A stretch of DNA of 64,000 nt from Haliotis rubra (lineage: Eukaryota): assembly GCF_003918875.1 (NCBI RefSeq), contig NW_025764935.1:248001-312000 (forward strand), given 5' to 3'. The notes beneath the pieces were generated by a model. It did not search any database. It saw nothing but the letters and a program-made list of their open reading frames with translations, and was not told the DNA's origin. Positions 26,076-38,949 of this stretch are shown here, in pieces (within the stretch, counting starts at the first letter, position 1; each line of letters opens with the position of its first letter). The translations under genes were made by a program, and so were the position numbers.

Positions 26076-26944
26076 AGTCAAAACTCTTTCAATAATCGTA
26101 AGTCTCTGATATAATGATAGTCTTTCAATAATCATAAGCAGGGCTTTGTAGAATTAACATAACTGTTTATGAATCACTATCAAATAGAATGCAGCAAGCT
26201 TAAGCTCCACAGATTGCAGAAAATAAGTTAACATGGATACTTGAAAAATGACACTGATACTTTTACAGTCTTCAAATGGTTAAATCAGCTTTACTTGGTA
26301 ACTCAGTACTCATTGACACTGAAGTACCCAGAGTTGACATGCTTGTCTCAATATTACAGTCTTTTTGACTCTACGGTACCAACAGAAGTTGTACAACTAT
26401 AATTGGTTTTGCATGCATGATGACACGTCATCAAAAACTGACTTCAGTTATAATAAAATGGTCTATAATATAGAGTCTAAAGTGATGGCTTAGGGATGCA
26501 ATAATCAGATTTTCCTTTTTCAAGTAACTTAGGAGTACAAATAATTATTTTCTTTTGTGCACATCTACTGTTCTCATCAGTTCATATGAAACTAGGTTTG
26601 TGATCAGTGGAATAAAATTAGTAGTGAGAATAGCGGTCACCTATTAATGTTAGTTTGAAGTTCCAGCTTCAAAGTAGTTTTCTGGCAGGATGGTGACTTG
26701 TGATGACTAGTCTTTCTGGAAGATTACTGGTCATGAGATAGATGGCTGATAGCTATTTTGAATGCTTTTTTTCTTTCTCTCGACAACATGGCAGTGCTCT
26801 TGGTTTTCACTGAAGTGTTAAATGCCACATTTATTTTCTTCAGTAAAGGCTGACGAATGGCAATATGAATAAAATACTGTCAAAGTGGTGGTGAATCCAC
26901 CTCACTGTGAGAACCAGAGGTTGACCTCATGTCTCAGAAGACCA

Positions 26945-27440
26945 GTGACTGCAGGCCCACACCATATCCCGGTGACTGCAAGCCCACACCATAACCCTGA
27001 CATCATATCCCGGTGACTGCAAGCCCACACCATAACCCTGACACCATATCCCGGTGACTGCAAGCCCACACCATAACCCTGACATCATATCCCGGTGACT
27101 GCAAGCCCACACCATAACCCTGACATCATGACTGCAAGCCCACACCATATCCCCGGTGACTGCAAGCCCACACCATAACCCTGACATCATATCCCGGTGA
27201 CTGCAAGCCCACACCATAACCCTGACACCATATCCCGGTGACTGCAAGCCCACACCATAACCCTGACATCATATCCCGGTGACTGCAAGCCCACACCATA
27301 ACCCCACACCATAACCCTGACACCATATCCCGGTGACTGCAAGCCCACACCATAACCCTGACACATCATATCCCGGTGACTGCAAGCCCACACCATAACC
27401 CTGACACCATATCCCGGTGACTGCGGCCCACACCATAACC
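26945..27440. repeat. 41-bp minisatellite, ~12 units
   Basis: Unit CCGGTGACTGCAAGCCCACACCATAACCCTGACAYCATATC head-to-tail with no spacers; explains the repetitive ORFs. Confidence 0.95.
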
Positions 27441-28622
27441 CAATCCACTGTCCTCATAAAGCAATTACAAAGACTGATGATTATCATAATTGATTTACTA
27501 ATTTCTGCTAATGTTATGGGTAAATATTTTCCAAGTAAGAGAATGTTCACATGTCTCAATAGAAATCAAAGAACTCTTAATAGAAGTGAAGCACACATAA
27601 AATATGAATCAATAATGTCAGTTGTCATAGATTAAGCCTGATATGTTTCACGAGAAGTGAAGCCCTTGTGCTATACTGATGCATCTCTCATAATTCCAGG
27701 ACCATTGACAATTTCACCATGTCACCTGGAGGAAGACATGCAGTATCTTTTTCTCATCCTTTCCTCAGAATGAACCAAATCAAACAATCCACTGTTTCTG
27801 GTAACCATATTTCTTCATGCTTTTACATTGTCAAACTCTAGTATGATCTGATGTCATGATTCCATCCCATGGTTGACCTGTGTTCCTGGTGTTGCTTATT
27901 GTAATGACAGTATACTTCTTTCAGGTTGAAAATATTGCATTTATCCAATCGATCATCTCAATGTCATCCTGATATCATAAAAATCAAAACATTTCCTGTG
28001 GCATATAATTTGTTTTGAGTTTAATAAAGTGGAAAGTGACAGCCATTCTCCTGTAAACTGCACTTTACCTTCATCTCACCATCCATAACTGTATTGCATG
28101 TGCATGAGGAAAACAAATAAACATCCCTCACAGTTTTGAACACTTGCCAACAATTCATATTGTTCTTTTATGTATGTTAGTTTTATCCATCTGCCCATCC
28201 TGTCCTTCAGGAGTGGAGTATGCAGATGAGCAACAAACTTAATACTGCAACTGGCCATCTGGAGATACCGGTACTGGGATAAATGATGGTTCTGTCATTG
28301 GAAGGCGGGCCACCAATTCTAGCCTGTCACAAACTTGTACTCCTGAAAGGAAGAACTGTTTCAGAAATATTTGACATCGAATAAATTACATGCTGTTGAG
28401 GTGTATTGATGGATGCTGGATGTTGTGTATAGGTTATAAAAACTGATTTTGTGGTAGGGAAGATCCCTGGCCATCTGACAACATTTGTGAAATGTCCACT
28501 GGGAAAACTGGTGACAAAGGAGACAGGTTTATTTTTTTACAAACCTGTTATATAGCCTATTCAAAAGTTGAACCCTTGATCGTTTCATGTTTCTGTTGTT
28601 GAAAGTTCATCACATCTATAAA

Positions 28623-29015
28623 CTATTAACACTTTGCTAAGGATCATATCATGGATTCAACAGAAAACTATGATGTGGGGTCAAATTTGGTTTAAATATC
28701 TAGGCTTATTGTAAGCACGGATCCTAGGTTTCAGGTTGTCATTTCATCTTGTGGATCCCATACCTGCTATTGACAGGTGTTGTGTACTTGTCAAGGACTC
28801 GTTCCATGATTTGCGAAATGGTTGATTGGTGCCATGAAAATCTTTTTTATGGTTACTCATGTATCAAGTGCATAAGGTTAGATTAAAGTGACTGTTTACC
28901 TAAAGAGGGGTTACCATATTATTTATCCAGTTTTAAATGGATGCAATTTCAAATTATGAATCTACTTTTAAGAAAAAGTTGTGTATTTTTGTGATTCTTA
29001 GCAAAGCGTGAGTAG
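28623..29015. mobile_element. MITE with CTACTCAC-CTTTGCTAAGGATCA TIRs, copy 2
   Basis: Colinear with 3376-3790, same orientation; lacks a ~33-bp internal segment. Confidence 0.8.
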
Positions 29016-30484
29016 TATATTTAATATGAAAGACCCAAGTGTTCAACTTTTGAGTTGTATTAAGTACGATTTTACAAATAACATTTTTGATAAGAATGTA
29101 TGTCTGATCTCATTCTCAAAAAACACCAAAAACTCAAACCGTCTAGGACTCAATGTAATTGTGTTGTGAAGCTCTACCTCTGATAGAAATTGAACCAATG
29201 ATATATCTTACTTTCCATTTATTCTTCCAGAGAAAACATTTAGATTCTGCTTCATACTTGTAGCTGTACTGAAACTAGGTTTTAAGTACATATTCTGCTG
29301 ATTCTATTCCAGGCTTCCCTATCGCACAGCATCACAAAATTCGACAAATTTGCATTGATTTCCAATTTTAAGATTTGCGAACTAACAGCTCTCTAAGTGT
29401 GGATATTGTCAATACGTGTGGCGAACGAACTGGAAGGAAGAGATTACCACCATTCCTAAGAAGATCATTGACAGAATTTGTTGTAAAGTAGGCCACCTTC
29501 GACGTGGTGATAGGACCCTGTAATGAACTGTTTCTATTGAGATTATGGCATTTCTATGCTTCAACTCTGTCCAATCTCTTTTTTTCTCATCATGGCATTG
29601 TTTATGGAGACAAATTTGACAGACTTTCCATGACTTCTTCCATGGTGTTGGAATCAGTTACGTTGTTTTTCCTACACTATTACATAGGTAATATGAAAAT
29701 ATGCAATTGTGGATCATCTTACATTTATTTGACATTCAAAAAGCTTTTTTGTTCTGCGTAACTTCGATTCCAAGTGGATAGATGAAATATTCCAGTGTTT
29801 TGTTCATGGGTTTGTGGTCTCGTGGGAACTGTCATGAATATATAACTCCCTTGTACTTGAGCAATCAGGAACACTGTGGGATTTGGTATAGCTTTGGTCT
29901 CCAGAAACCTTTTGTCTGTCACAATTTGTGAGTCGGCTAAACTGGATTGAGTGGTCAGACTGTTTTAGATATAGTCCCTTAGTGTACATCTTTGAATACC
30001 CAACCATTATAGGTGAGGAAGTATGTTAATTTTATTAGACTGGAAATGTTGATTCTGATTCAAACATAACGAAGGGATCTGTCTCCACGTTGATAGTGAT
30101 TTCAATGTTGTTCTGAACTTTCAGATCATATGTTTTGTCTATAGACTGTCAATCCTAAGTTTTACGATGTTGCTGATCCAAATGATCCAAAGAATGATCT
30201 TCAGTGTGATGTCAATTTGATTGTCCATTGTCAAAAAGGATAGTACTGCCTATGGTTTGATATGTCGATCTAAAATTAGATGATCTTTATTGTCAGAACT
30301 GGCTTGGTGTTGTTGATCCTACCGTAAATGTTGATCTGAACATTAATATGAATTTGTCTGTAGACTGTTGCTCCTAAGTTTTACAGTGTTGCAGATCTGA
30401 ATGATCTGAGGTATAATCTTCCTTGTGCGAAATATATCAGATTTTTCATGTCAATGCAACTCGGGACTGTCTCCTGTCTGCCTT

Positions 30485-30720
30485 TATAATAATAAAGTGT
30501 CCATTTATATAGCGCCAAACTCCACACTAGGTATGCTCATAGCACTAACACTGAACAGCGCAGCACATTATTACCACGGATAACCCAATAATTCTGTCTG
30601 TTAGGCGCTAGAAGGTTATAGTCACATGACTTTTTCCACACCAGGTACCCATTCTCTTGATGGGTGAACAGAGGCAATATTGAACAAACTCACTTGCCTA
30701 AGGTGTGACCACATGTATCA
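30485..30720 (-). mobile_element. Old CORE-like SINE
   Basis: Minus strand reads CCTTAGGCAAGTGAG..TGCCTCTGTTCACCCATCAAGAGAATGGGTACC (CORE-like) and ends GCGCTATATAAAT..TTATTATTA, an L2-like tail. Confidence 0.55.
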
Positions 30721-30938
30721 CATCTGCTTCTGCCTTGTGGATAAGGACTATTTACTTGCTGGACAATTCTGGCACCGTTTGGATGGTTCATTCTTGTTGA
30801 TTGTTGTATTTTTTTATGTATCCTTAGACATGACTGAGTGATGCCATAGTCTGGACATTGTCTACTGAAAGGGAATTAGGCATGGCCATCATTTTGGCAA
30901 GAATATCTGTGTGAAGAAAACTATTTGAGAGCAAGAAA

Positions 30939-31035
30939 TATGTGTGATGCCCATTTCTGGTGTCCCCTGACATGATATTACTGAGATATTGCTAAAAACG
31001 ACGTAAAAAAACCCCAAAACTCACTAACTCACTTC
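30939..31035 (+). mobile_element. 5'-truncated SINE family B
   Basis: Body and tail only; AGCAAGAAA repeated on both flanks. Confidence 0.7.
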
Positions 31036-31284
31036 AGCAAGAAAGTAATACATGCCTTACAACTAATCAGTGTTATGAAATTCTACTGAATCAAAAAGGA
31101 AACGATGTAGTGCAATTACAATTAAGTTACCACTGCCATATAACAGATGCATATATTTGAATATGAAAGAGACAGTGTAGAGACAGTCACCTAGTCTCTT
31201 ATTAATGGCTCAGGTGGGTTAATGAGTATATGGGAATTGGTTATTTGACCATCAGTGAATAGTATCCGATTCTTGATCAGAATG

Positions 31285-31450
31285 GGGGCGGTGGGGTAGC
31301 CGAGTGGTTAAAGCGTCCGCTCATCACACCGAAGACCCGGGTTCGAATCCCCACATGGGTAAAATGTGTGAAGCCCATTTCAGGTGTGCCCCGCCGTGAT
31401 GTTGCTGGAATATTGCTAAAAGTGGCATAAAACTAAACTCAGTCAGTCAG
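31285..31450 (+). mobile_element. tRNA-derived SINE family B
   Basis: A/B boxes intact; perfect 14-bp TSD TCTTGATCAGAATG (31271-31284 / 31451-31464). Confidence 0.95.
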
Positions 31451-31898
31451 TCTTGATCAGAATGAAAGTGTCACAGGAATTGTGCTCTGGCTGATGAGTG
31501 TTCTGATATCTTGGCCTGTGAATTATAACAAATCAAATGTTGTATGGAGAATGTCTGTGTATTATCAATGCATATGTTGATAGGAAATTAGTTCAGAAGG
31601 AAGAATAATATGTTCAGTTGAAACTTGCACTAAATATGCAATAACTAACAGAAATAAGTTGATGGGTAATTCCAATTCTGCTGTAAGTCGTGTCCAGCAA
31701 GAAGGTGTATGTACTTGCAGCTATAAATACAGGTCCAATGGAATACCAGACTGCCAAACAGAAATAGACAGCCTTTGGACATTGTTATGTATTCACTTAG
31801 GACGATTACTGTGTATGTTCTCCAACGAAATAGCGATCACCTTGCATGCTTTTCTTACTAATAAATTTGTCAAGACATACTTAGTAAATATAGTTTAA

Positions 31899-33311
31899 CC
31901 CATTCAACACCGCAGGCCGCTTAAGCGGCCACAACGTTATGAGTCCCTAGACAGAGGCCGATTAAGCGGCCAGGCAGTAGTCACGTCAAAATGAGACATA
32001 ATTTTAGGAACCTACCTGACTTATGATACATATATTAAATCTATCACATTTCACAATGTCTGAAAACACTTATTAAATTTCAATTTATCATATATTATCA
32101 GCAGAATTAAAATTATAAACTATTTTTCGCAATGTTATTGAAAACAATGATTCTCGGACACATGCTTCGGCAGCGGGTCTACAATAACATTGTCAAAGAG
32201 CAAAGTAACGATGTTTCGAGGAATTCATTAAATAAATTGAATAAACTAATGAATAAAATCAACAACAACATTCATAAAAGTTGTCAAACGTACATATAAA
32301 ATTACTATTTCCATCTTTTTGTGCGATCATGTAATGTAAGTCAAGTCACTGACGAGTGACATCTCGGCTCTCGCCTCCTCAATCTTCACGCTTGGACACG
32401 ATGTTTAATGCGAAAATATATGCATGAAGCATTTTTGTCACAGGTCATAACCTAGCACGATACGTCCAATAAGTTCAATAATTTACGTATAGGTAGCGAT
32501 TTCTTGCTTAATATGTTCAGAATAGCATTATTTTACCCAAAACATTTGTCTAAATCTAAAAGTTTTCGCTCACGAGGACGGTATCCATTGCCGTAATATG
32601 ATTGGCTGCTTTAGGTCACGTGTGTGATTTTGACCAATCACGACCCTTATAGCAGACTGTGGCGAAAAAGCGTCATTAGAAACCAATCTTTATCCAATAA
32701 AATCGCTTCTTACAAATGTGAAAATACTCTTGGCAAGGGTACAGTGATATTGTTGATGTTCAGAGCTTTCGAACGATGCCTGACATCAAACGATTCGCCT
32801 CGCACGTTATTCATACAAAGCTTCGAAAACAGAGGTATTTTCCGTTGTTATGTCATGTTACCGAGCGGAAAGCCACAGATATCGTGAAATAGGCGACCAT
32901 ACATATTATTTGAGAAATCTTTTTATAATAATTTTCTGATTACGTAAAAATGAAAATATAAAAGAAAAAGGCACGGGCATGTTATGACATGTCACAAATG
33001 GAAAAAAAATCGCCATAGTTTTTGCTTCTTTCGTGGTTTATCTGGACATTATAAATGTAAACTGGCATTTTCATTCAAAAATAAATTTATTTAAGTTTTA
33101 GTTGTATTATTTGAATAATATTATAAATATAAACTTCATATTTATCAACAGTAGGATTAGATCTTTTAAATGGTGTATGGGATGTAGTAGCAATAACGTT
33201 TTACAAGCTTATAATTTCCTTCATAAACATAGGCTTCATCTATGACCTCAGAGTCTCTGGGAACTCGGTGTCATGGCAGGAAATGCCTCTGGTTGACTGG
33301 TGTTGAAAGAG
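31899..33311 (+). mobile_element. Non-autonomous piggyBac-type element, copy 1
   Basis: TTAA|CCCATTCAACACC ... GGTGTTGAAAGAG|TTAA; 13-bp imperfect TIR; subterminal palindrome GGCCGCTTAAGCGGCC; no transposase. Confidence 0.88.
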
Positions 33312-34629
33312 TTAAAACATTTTGAACCACACAATTAAAATACTTTAAAAACATAAGCCCAGATATACAGTTAAAACTTTTTATAAGCAGACGGTGTAAT
33401 TACATAATTAGATTTCACATTGAAGTTAGGATTTGGACATGCTATTTCCAGTGTTTCAAGCACATGGTAGTAACTGTCCACTGGGGGATAAAATATCAAA
33501 ATTGATTACTGTCTACAAAGGACACCAACTCTACAGATGTGTTTGGGGGAAAAAAGGAGCTCAATACAAAAAGTACAGTAATCAATTAAGGCTATGAATG
33601 TCATGACATTTAACAAAAATGTCAGTGATCTCATGTATTGTGGACCGGAGAACTGAGCAAAACCCAACAAAAACAGTGCACCAAAATGCATCCAAGGACC
33701 TGTGAAATGACAATATTAAATTTCATGTACACAATGAACATTACACATGATTCTTGTGTTTTTAAGACATGTGTTATCAGGTAGCAGCATGGGCTTATGT
33801 TAGCCCCATTGTGGGAATTTTTATTTAAAACTTTGTGTTGAAAGCAACTTAGTTTATTAGGAATGGAAGTTCACATTTAAAAATGGACTTGAGCCACAAA
33901 GGTCGGTAAAAGTGTTGAAATGGTAAATTGTGTAGTTTCAGGAGCGACATTTAATGTTTGGACTTGTTTCAGCTCTGTTTTGATAAACGGGGTTATGTTC
34001 TTCTCCATACTTCTAATGATGTTTGCTTTCATTTTACTGATCCCGGTTGTCTTTAAGGAACACAAGACACTAAAGATTGTAAATTCAGGTCCAAGATTTG
34101 TCCAAATTTTGTGTGTTTCCGTATCATTAATATCATATATTAGGAATAAAAATTGTATTATGCGAGCCTTTGGCGAGATTATTCCTAATTTATATGACGA
34201 GAATCGAGCATTCGCGTAAGAATACTTAGCGGTACACCAAGGTGAAGGTCGTTCATGACAGTGGCATATGGTTGTGACTTGTCGCTAATACATGTGCAAA
34301 TATGTGCAAACATAACTCATGCTTAAAATAAGATCTTTTTTGTCTAAAAAAACCCCAACAAAATTGGGCAGGGTTTTCTTGGGAGTGTTTCTATTTTCAC
34401 TGTGGGTAATCACCTCATCAATATCAGTTTCTGATACCTGCATGATGGAATCGATTCGTCGTCTGTATTGTGTTCGATAGATCGAAATCCTTGGTTGGTA
34501 CCTTTCTTAGACTCTTGCCTTTCAGTCATGCCTCACAATCAGTACCTTCAATTTGAACGAAAGTACTCCGTTTCATGTTTTCCGAAGTCAATTACTGCAG
34601 TAACGACTCCAGAACCTCTCATCAATTTG

Positions 34630-34860
34630 CCACAAAAGGCGCCTATGCTTGTCATAAAAGGCGACTAACGGGATCAGGTGGTCAGGCTCGCTGACTTGGT
34701 TGACACATGTCATCGGTTCCCACTTGCGCAGATCGATGCTCATGCTGTTGATCACTTGATTGTCTGGTCCAGACTCGATTATTTACAGACCGCCGCCATA
34801 TAGCTGGAAATTGCTGAGTGCGGCGTAAACTAAACTAAACTCCCTCCCTCACTCACTCAC
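34630..34860 (+). mobile_element. Family A retroposon, 5'-altered copy
   Basis: Lacks the first hairpin and has a duplicated AAAAGGCG motif; TCATCAATT on both flanks. Confidence 0.85.
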
Positions 34861-35424
34861 TGTCATCAATTCTTACAGAATCACCAATTTTGAGAATGGG
34901 AGCAGCCATGTTTGTTTACAAACAATGTAAACTCGCGGCGACGTCATCAATGAAATGTTAAAAAACGTTTTAGGATTTGCATGGCGTGTATGGAGTTTTA
35001 CGAAAGTAGTTCGTGGATTGACGTAATTTGCATAGTTATCAGATTTGGATACCAAGTTTATCAGCTTGCTTTATTGCACTGATAACACCCTCCATTAGAT
35101 GATAACTTCATTTATCAGACAGAAAACTGACCACCGTTTACATGTTGACTTGTGTGACACATTATCTGAGACTCCAGACATCATTTATTATAAACTGTAA
35201 ATGATAGATGCAGTTCAGAGTATACTAACACAAATAAGTGAACTTGGTCATTGAGGAAGCAAGAATGAAAACTGTAAATTTTTTGAGTAAAGGGATTGAC
35301 AAAATTATGACCCGTTGGAAATTGCACTGGTTTTGGGGTAATGCAAGCTGTGTTGACATAATGGGGTGAATTCAATGCTGAGGAGATGAGAAGTAGCCAG
35401 TACACTCGGTGCTGCAGAGAGTCC

Positions 35425-36490
35425 ATTCAGGAATGGTCTGTGCTACAGGATCCATTCTGTTCTTGACATGATGCTCACAAAGATGGAAGAACAGTGTCCT
35501 GAAACTCGGAATGTTCTCTTGCGTTGGGCAGATATGGCTAGAAATACTCTACAAACATGTCATGGGTATAGAAGTTACCTACCTGCTTGTAATTGGACAA
35601 AATCCCAACTTGGATTGACTTGCATGACTGAATGTGTTCCTGCCCTGGAAGATTTGACAAGTGAGACATTTCCTCAACAATTGAATTCTTTGCATCTTGC
35701 CTGCAAAGTTTTCATAGAGTCTGAGGCAAATGTGTGTATACACAGAGCTTTGTCCTCCAAAATTTGAGCCTCCGAGGAAGTCATCGAGATTAATTAACAT
35801 GTGCAGAGTCTAAAATGTAACTGGAAACTAATCATATAAATTTTAAACACTTACTTTTGACCTAAACAAGGAAATTAACACAATTTATTATCAAGTTAAC
35901 ATGATTCAACGAGAAGAAAAATATTGCCTCATCAGGGCCTCAAATCCCTACCTCATCCTAGTTCAAGTATAATAGAATAGTTGCTTTTTAGCATTAAACA
36001 AATGGCAAATAACAAAAGGAAGCACAACTCTTAATACCAAAAAGCAAATTAGCCTGGTGTATCGTTTTCCACTGTCTTCAATATTTCCAAATAACTTCGC
36101 ATTTCACATGAAGTATTACCCATCTCCAGATGTATCCACAGAACACGACCAAAATGCACTGGGTGCATTTGGGTGAGCAATTTTAAAGCAAAGCCAAAAT
36201 GTCTTCAGAACATCAGGTTTAATACAGCTCCAGAAATTCGATTGAGGATATAACAGGTTTGACAAGCAGGTATTCAAGCTGATGTTGACCGCACATGTGG
36301 TAGAGGCTGTAACATTCGCCAGTCTTGGTGATGACAAGCGTTCAAAGTCTGATATTCAGCAATCCTGACAGAACAAGGAAGCAAATTCTGCCAAATGGAT
36401 TGCTGGTGATCAGCAACTTGCTGATTCATTGATGAAAAGCGGGGCATCTGGGTATTGGCTTTTGAATGTGTTGCAAACTTGGTGTCTTCA
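35425..36490 (+). pseudogene. Ty1/Copia (GalEa-like) pol relic: integrase C-terminal part and RNase H end
   Basis: NGLC..DMMLTKM..LLRWADMARNTLQ..HGY..GQNPNL..PALE..IHRALSSKI followed ~600 bp later by KWIAGDQQLADSLMKSGASG (Copia QLADxxTK-like motif); integrase-before-RNase H order is Copia-type. Confidence 0.7.
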
Positions 36491-37116
36491 GATTGATGGA
36501 TGGTGATTTTGAGTTCTTGAGTGTTTCAAGTTAGAACTTTTAGAATGAAGATGGTAACGATGTGATACTTGAGATGCATGGAGTGATGGGTCAGAAAGAG
36601 ATTATTTGTCAAATCCTCTTGTACTTTTCTTTTAAATATGAGTTAAATAATACGAAAATGTTTTACGCTAAATGCAATAATTTTTACAGATTTTCATGAA
36701 TACTTTTTGACACTGATTTCCGTGCTCTCATATAAAGTAAAAGAAAAAGGAAATATATTTAAGAAGTACAGTTCGCTCTACCCCCATATAGTGTAATAAA
36801 GTACACTTTTGCCCTAAACTATTATAGTTAAAGTACAAGGACGCTTGCTTGCTTCCTTTCTGCACTGTGTAAGTTCTTTTTGCATGTTCTTTTGGAGAAT
36901 GTAGGCTATCTGATGTCTTAAATAGTCAACATTGTTTTAGCTCTGTTTCAATATTAGCAATGAATGTATCATTGTTGGGGCGGGAAGTTTCAACCCAGAG
37001 AGAGCGGTGTCTTCTTTGGAGAGGTGCTTGCCACTGAGGTTGATGAGTTCTCTAGAAGTGTTCGTCTCTGGATTGGGACTTTGGGTACTGTTGGTCTGAG
37101 CTTGTTAAATTTTTAA

Positions 37117-38532
37117 CTCTTTCAACACCAGTCAACCAGAGGCATTTCCTGCCATGACACCGAGTTCCCAGAGACTCTGAGGTCATAGATGAAGCCTATG
37201 TTTATGAAGGAAATTATAAGCTTGTAAAACGTTATTGCTACTACATCCCATACACCATTTAAAAGATCTAATCCTACTGTTGATAAATATGAAGTTTATA
37301 TTTATAATATTATTCAAATAATACAACTAAAACTTAAATAAATTTATTTTTGAATGAAAATGCCAGTTTACATTTATAATGTCCAGATAAACCACGAAAG
37401 AAGCAAAAACTATGGCGATTTTTTTTCCATTTGTGACATATCATAACATGCCCGTGCCTTTTTCTTTTATATTTTCATTTTTACGTAATCAGAAAATTAT
37501 TATAAAAAGATTTCTTAAATAATATGTATGGTCGCCTATTTCCCTATATCAGTGGCTTTTCGCTCGGTAACGTGACACAACAACGGAAAATACCTCTGTT
37601 TTCGAAGCTTTGTATGAATAACATGTGAGGCGAATCGTTTGATGTCAGGCATCTTTCGAAAGCTCTGAACATCAACAATATCACTGTACCCTTGCCAAGA
37701 GTATTTTCACATTTGTAAGAAGCGATTTTATTGGATAAAGATTGGTTTCTAATGACGCTTTTTCGCCACAGTCTGCTATAAGGGTCGTGATTGGTCAAAA
37801 TCACACACGTGACCTAAAGCAGCCAATCATATTACGGCAATGGATACCGTCCTCGTAAGCGAAAACCTTTAGATTTAGACAAAAGTTTTGGGTAAAATAA
37901 TGCTATTCTGAACATATTAAGCAAGACATCGCTACCTATACGTAAATTATGGGATTTATTTAACGTATCATGCTAGGTTATGACCTGTGACAAAAATGCT
38001 TCATGCATATATTTTCGCATTAATCATCGTGTCTGAGCGTGAAGATTGAGGCAGCGAGAGCCGAGATGTCACTTGTCAGTAACTTGACTTGCATTACATG
38101 ATCGCACAAAAAGATGGAAATAGTAATTTTATATGTACGTTTGACAACTTTTATGAATGTTGTTGTTGATTTTATTCATTAGTTTATTCAATTTATTTAA
38201 TGATTTCCTCGAAACATCATTACTTTGCTCTTTGACAATGTTATTGTAGACCCGCTGCCGAAGCATGTGTCCGGGAATCGTTGCTTTTAATAACATTGCG
38301 AAAAATAGGTTATAATTTTAATTCTGCCGATAATACATGATAAATTGAAATTTAATAAGTGTTTTCAGACATTGTGAAATGTGATAGATTTAATATATGA
38401 ATCATAAGTCAGGTAGGTTCCTAAAATTATGTCTCATTTTGACGTGACTACTGCTTGGCCGATTAATTGGCCTCCGGCGTCTAGGGACTTATAAAGTTGT
38501 GGCCGCTTAAGCGGCCTGCGGTGTTGAATGGG
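37117..38532 (-). mobile_element. Non-autonomous piggyBac-type element, copy 2 (inverted)
   Basis: Reverse complement of 31899-33311; TTAA at 37113-37116 and 38533-38536. Confidence 0.88.
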
Positions 38533-38949
38533 TTAATGTGGATCTTTGTTTGAACACGAACCATCAAGTATATTGTCTGTAATTATTAGTAAACTGTCTG
38601 TGTTACAGACTCCCTAAGATAAAAAAAATAATAACGAAGGGAGGTAATCCTTACCTAGATAACACTATAGCTAAGTGCAACTTTCCACCACCAAAAAGGG
38701 ATTTTCTGGTGAGATAGAATGATTGTAGGGAATGATGGAGTAATCTAGATTACTGTTAATTAATCAATATATCAAGATTTTAGTATTTAGTGATGTCACT
38801 ATCGTTCTTAATGACGTCACTAAGTGATTTTATGACGTCACTTCCGGTTGATTTGGTTTAATTAGATAATTGTCAGCTTTTCATCATCATTCCCATCACA
38901 TAAACGTGGTATTGTGTGAAGTATAAGAGGCAAGAATTTGATCCATCAC

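Noticed and set aside
26945-27440. CRISPR-like regular repeat and repetitive ORFs
   Set aside because: No unique spacers, no cas genes, eukaryotic context; it is a minisatellite.
32624-32887. Duplicated 87-aa ORF (also 37544-37804)
   Set aside because: Non-ATG start, no recognisable motif; duplicated only because the element is duplicated.
34240-34470. Possible Crypton N-terminal relic on the minus strand (VSETDIDEVITHSENRNTPKKT)
   Set aside because: One short motif, no catalytic YR residues found.
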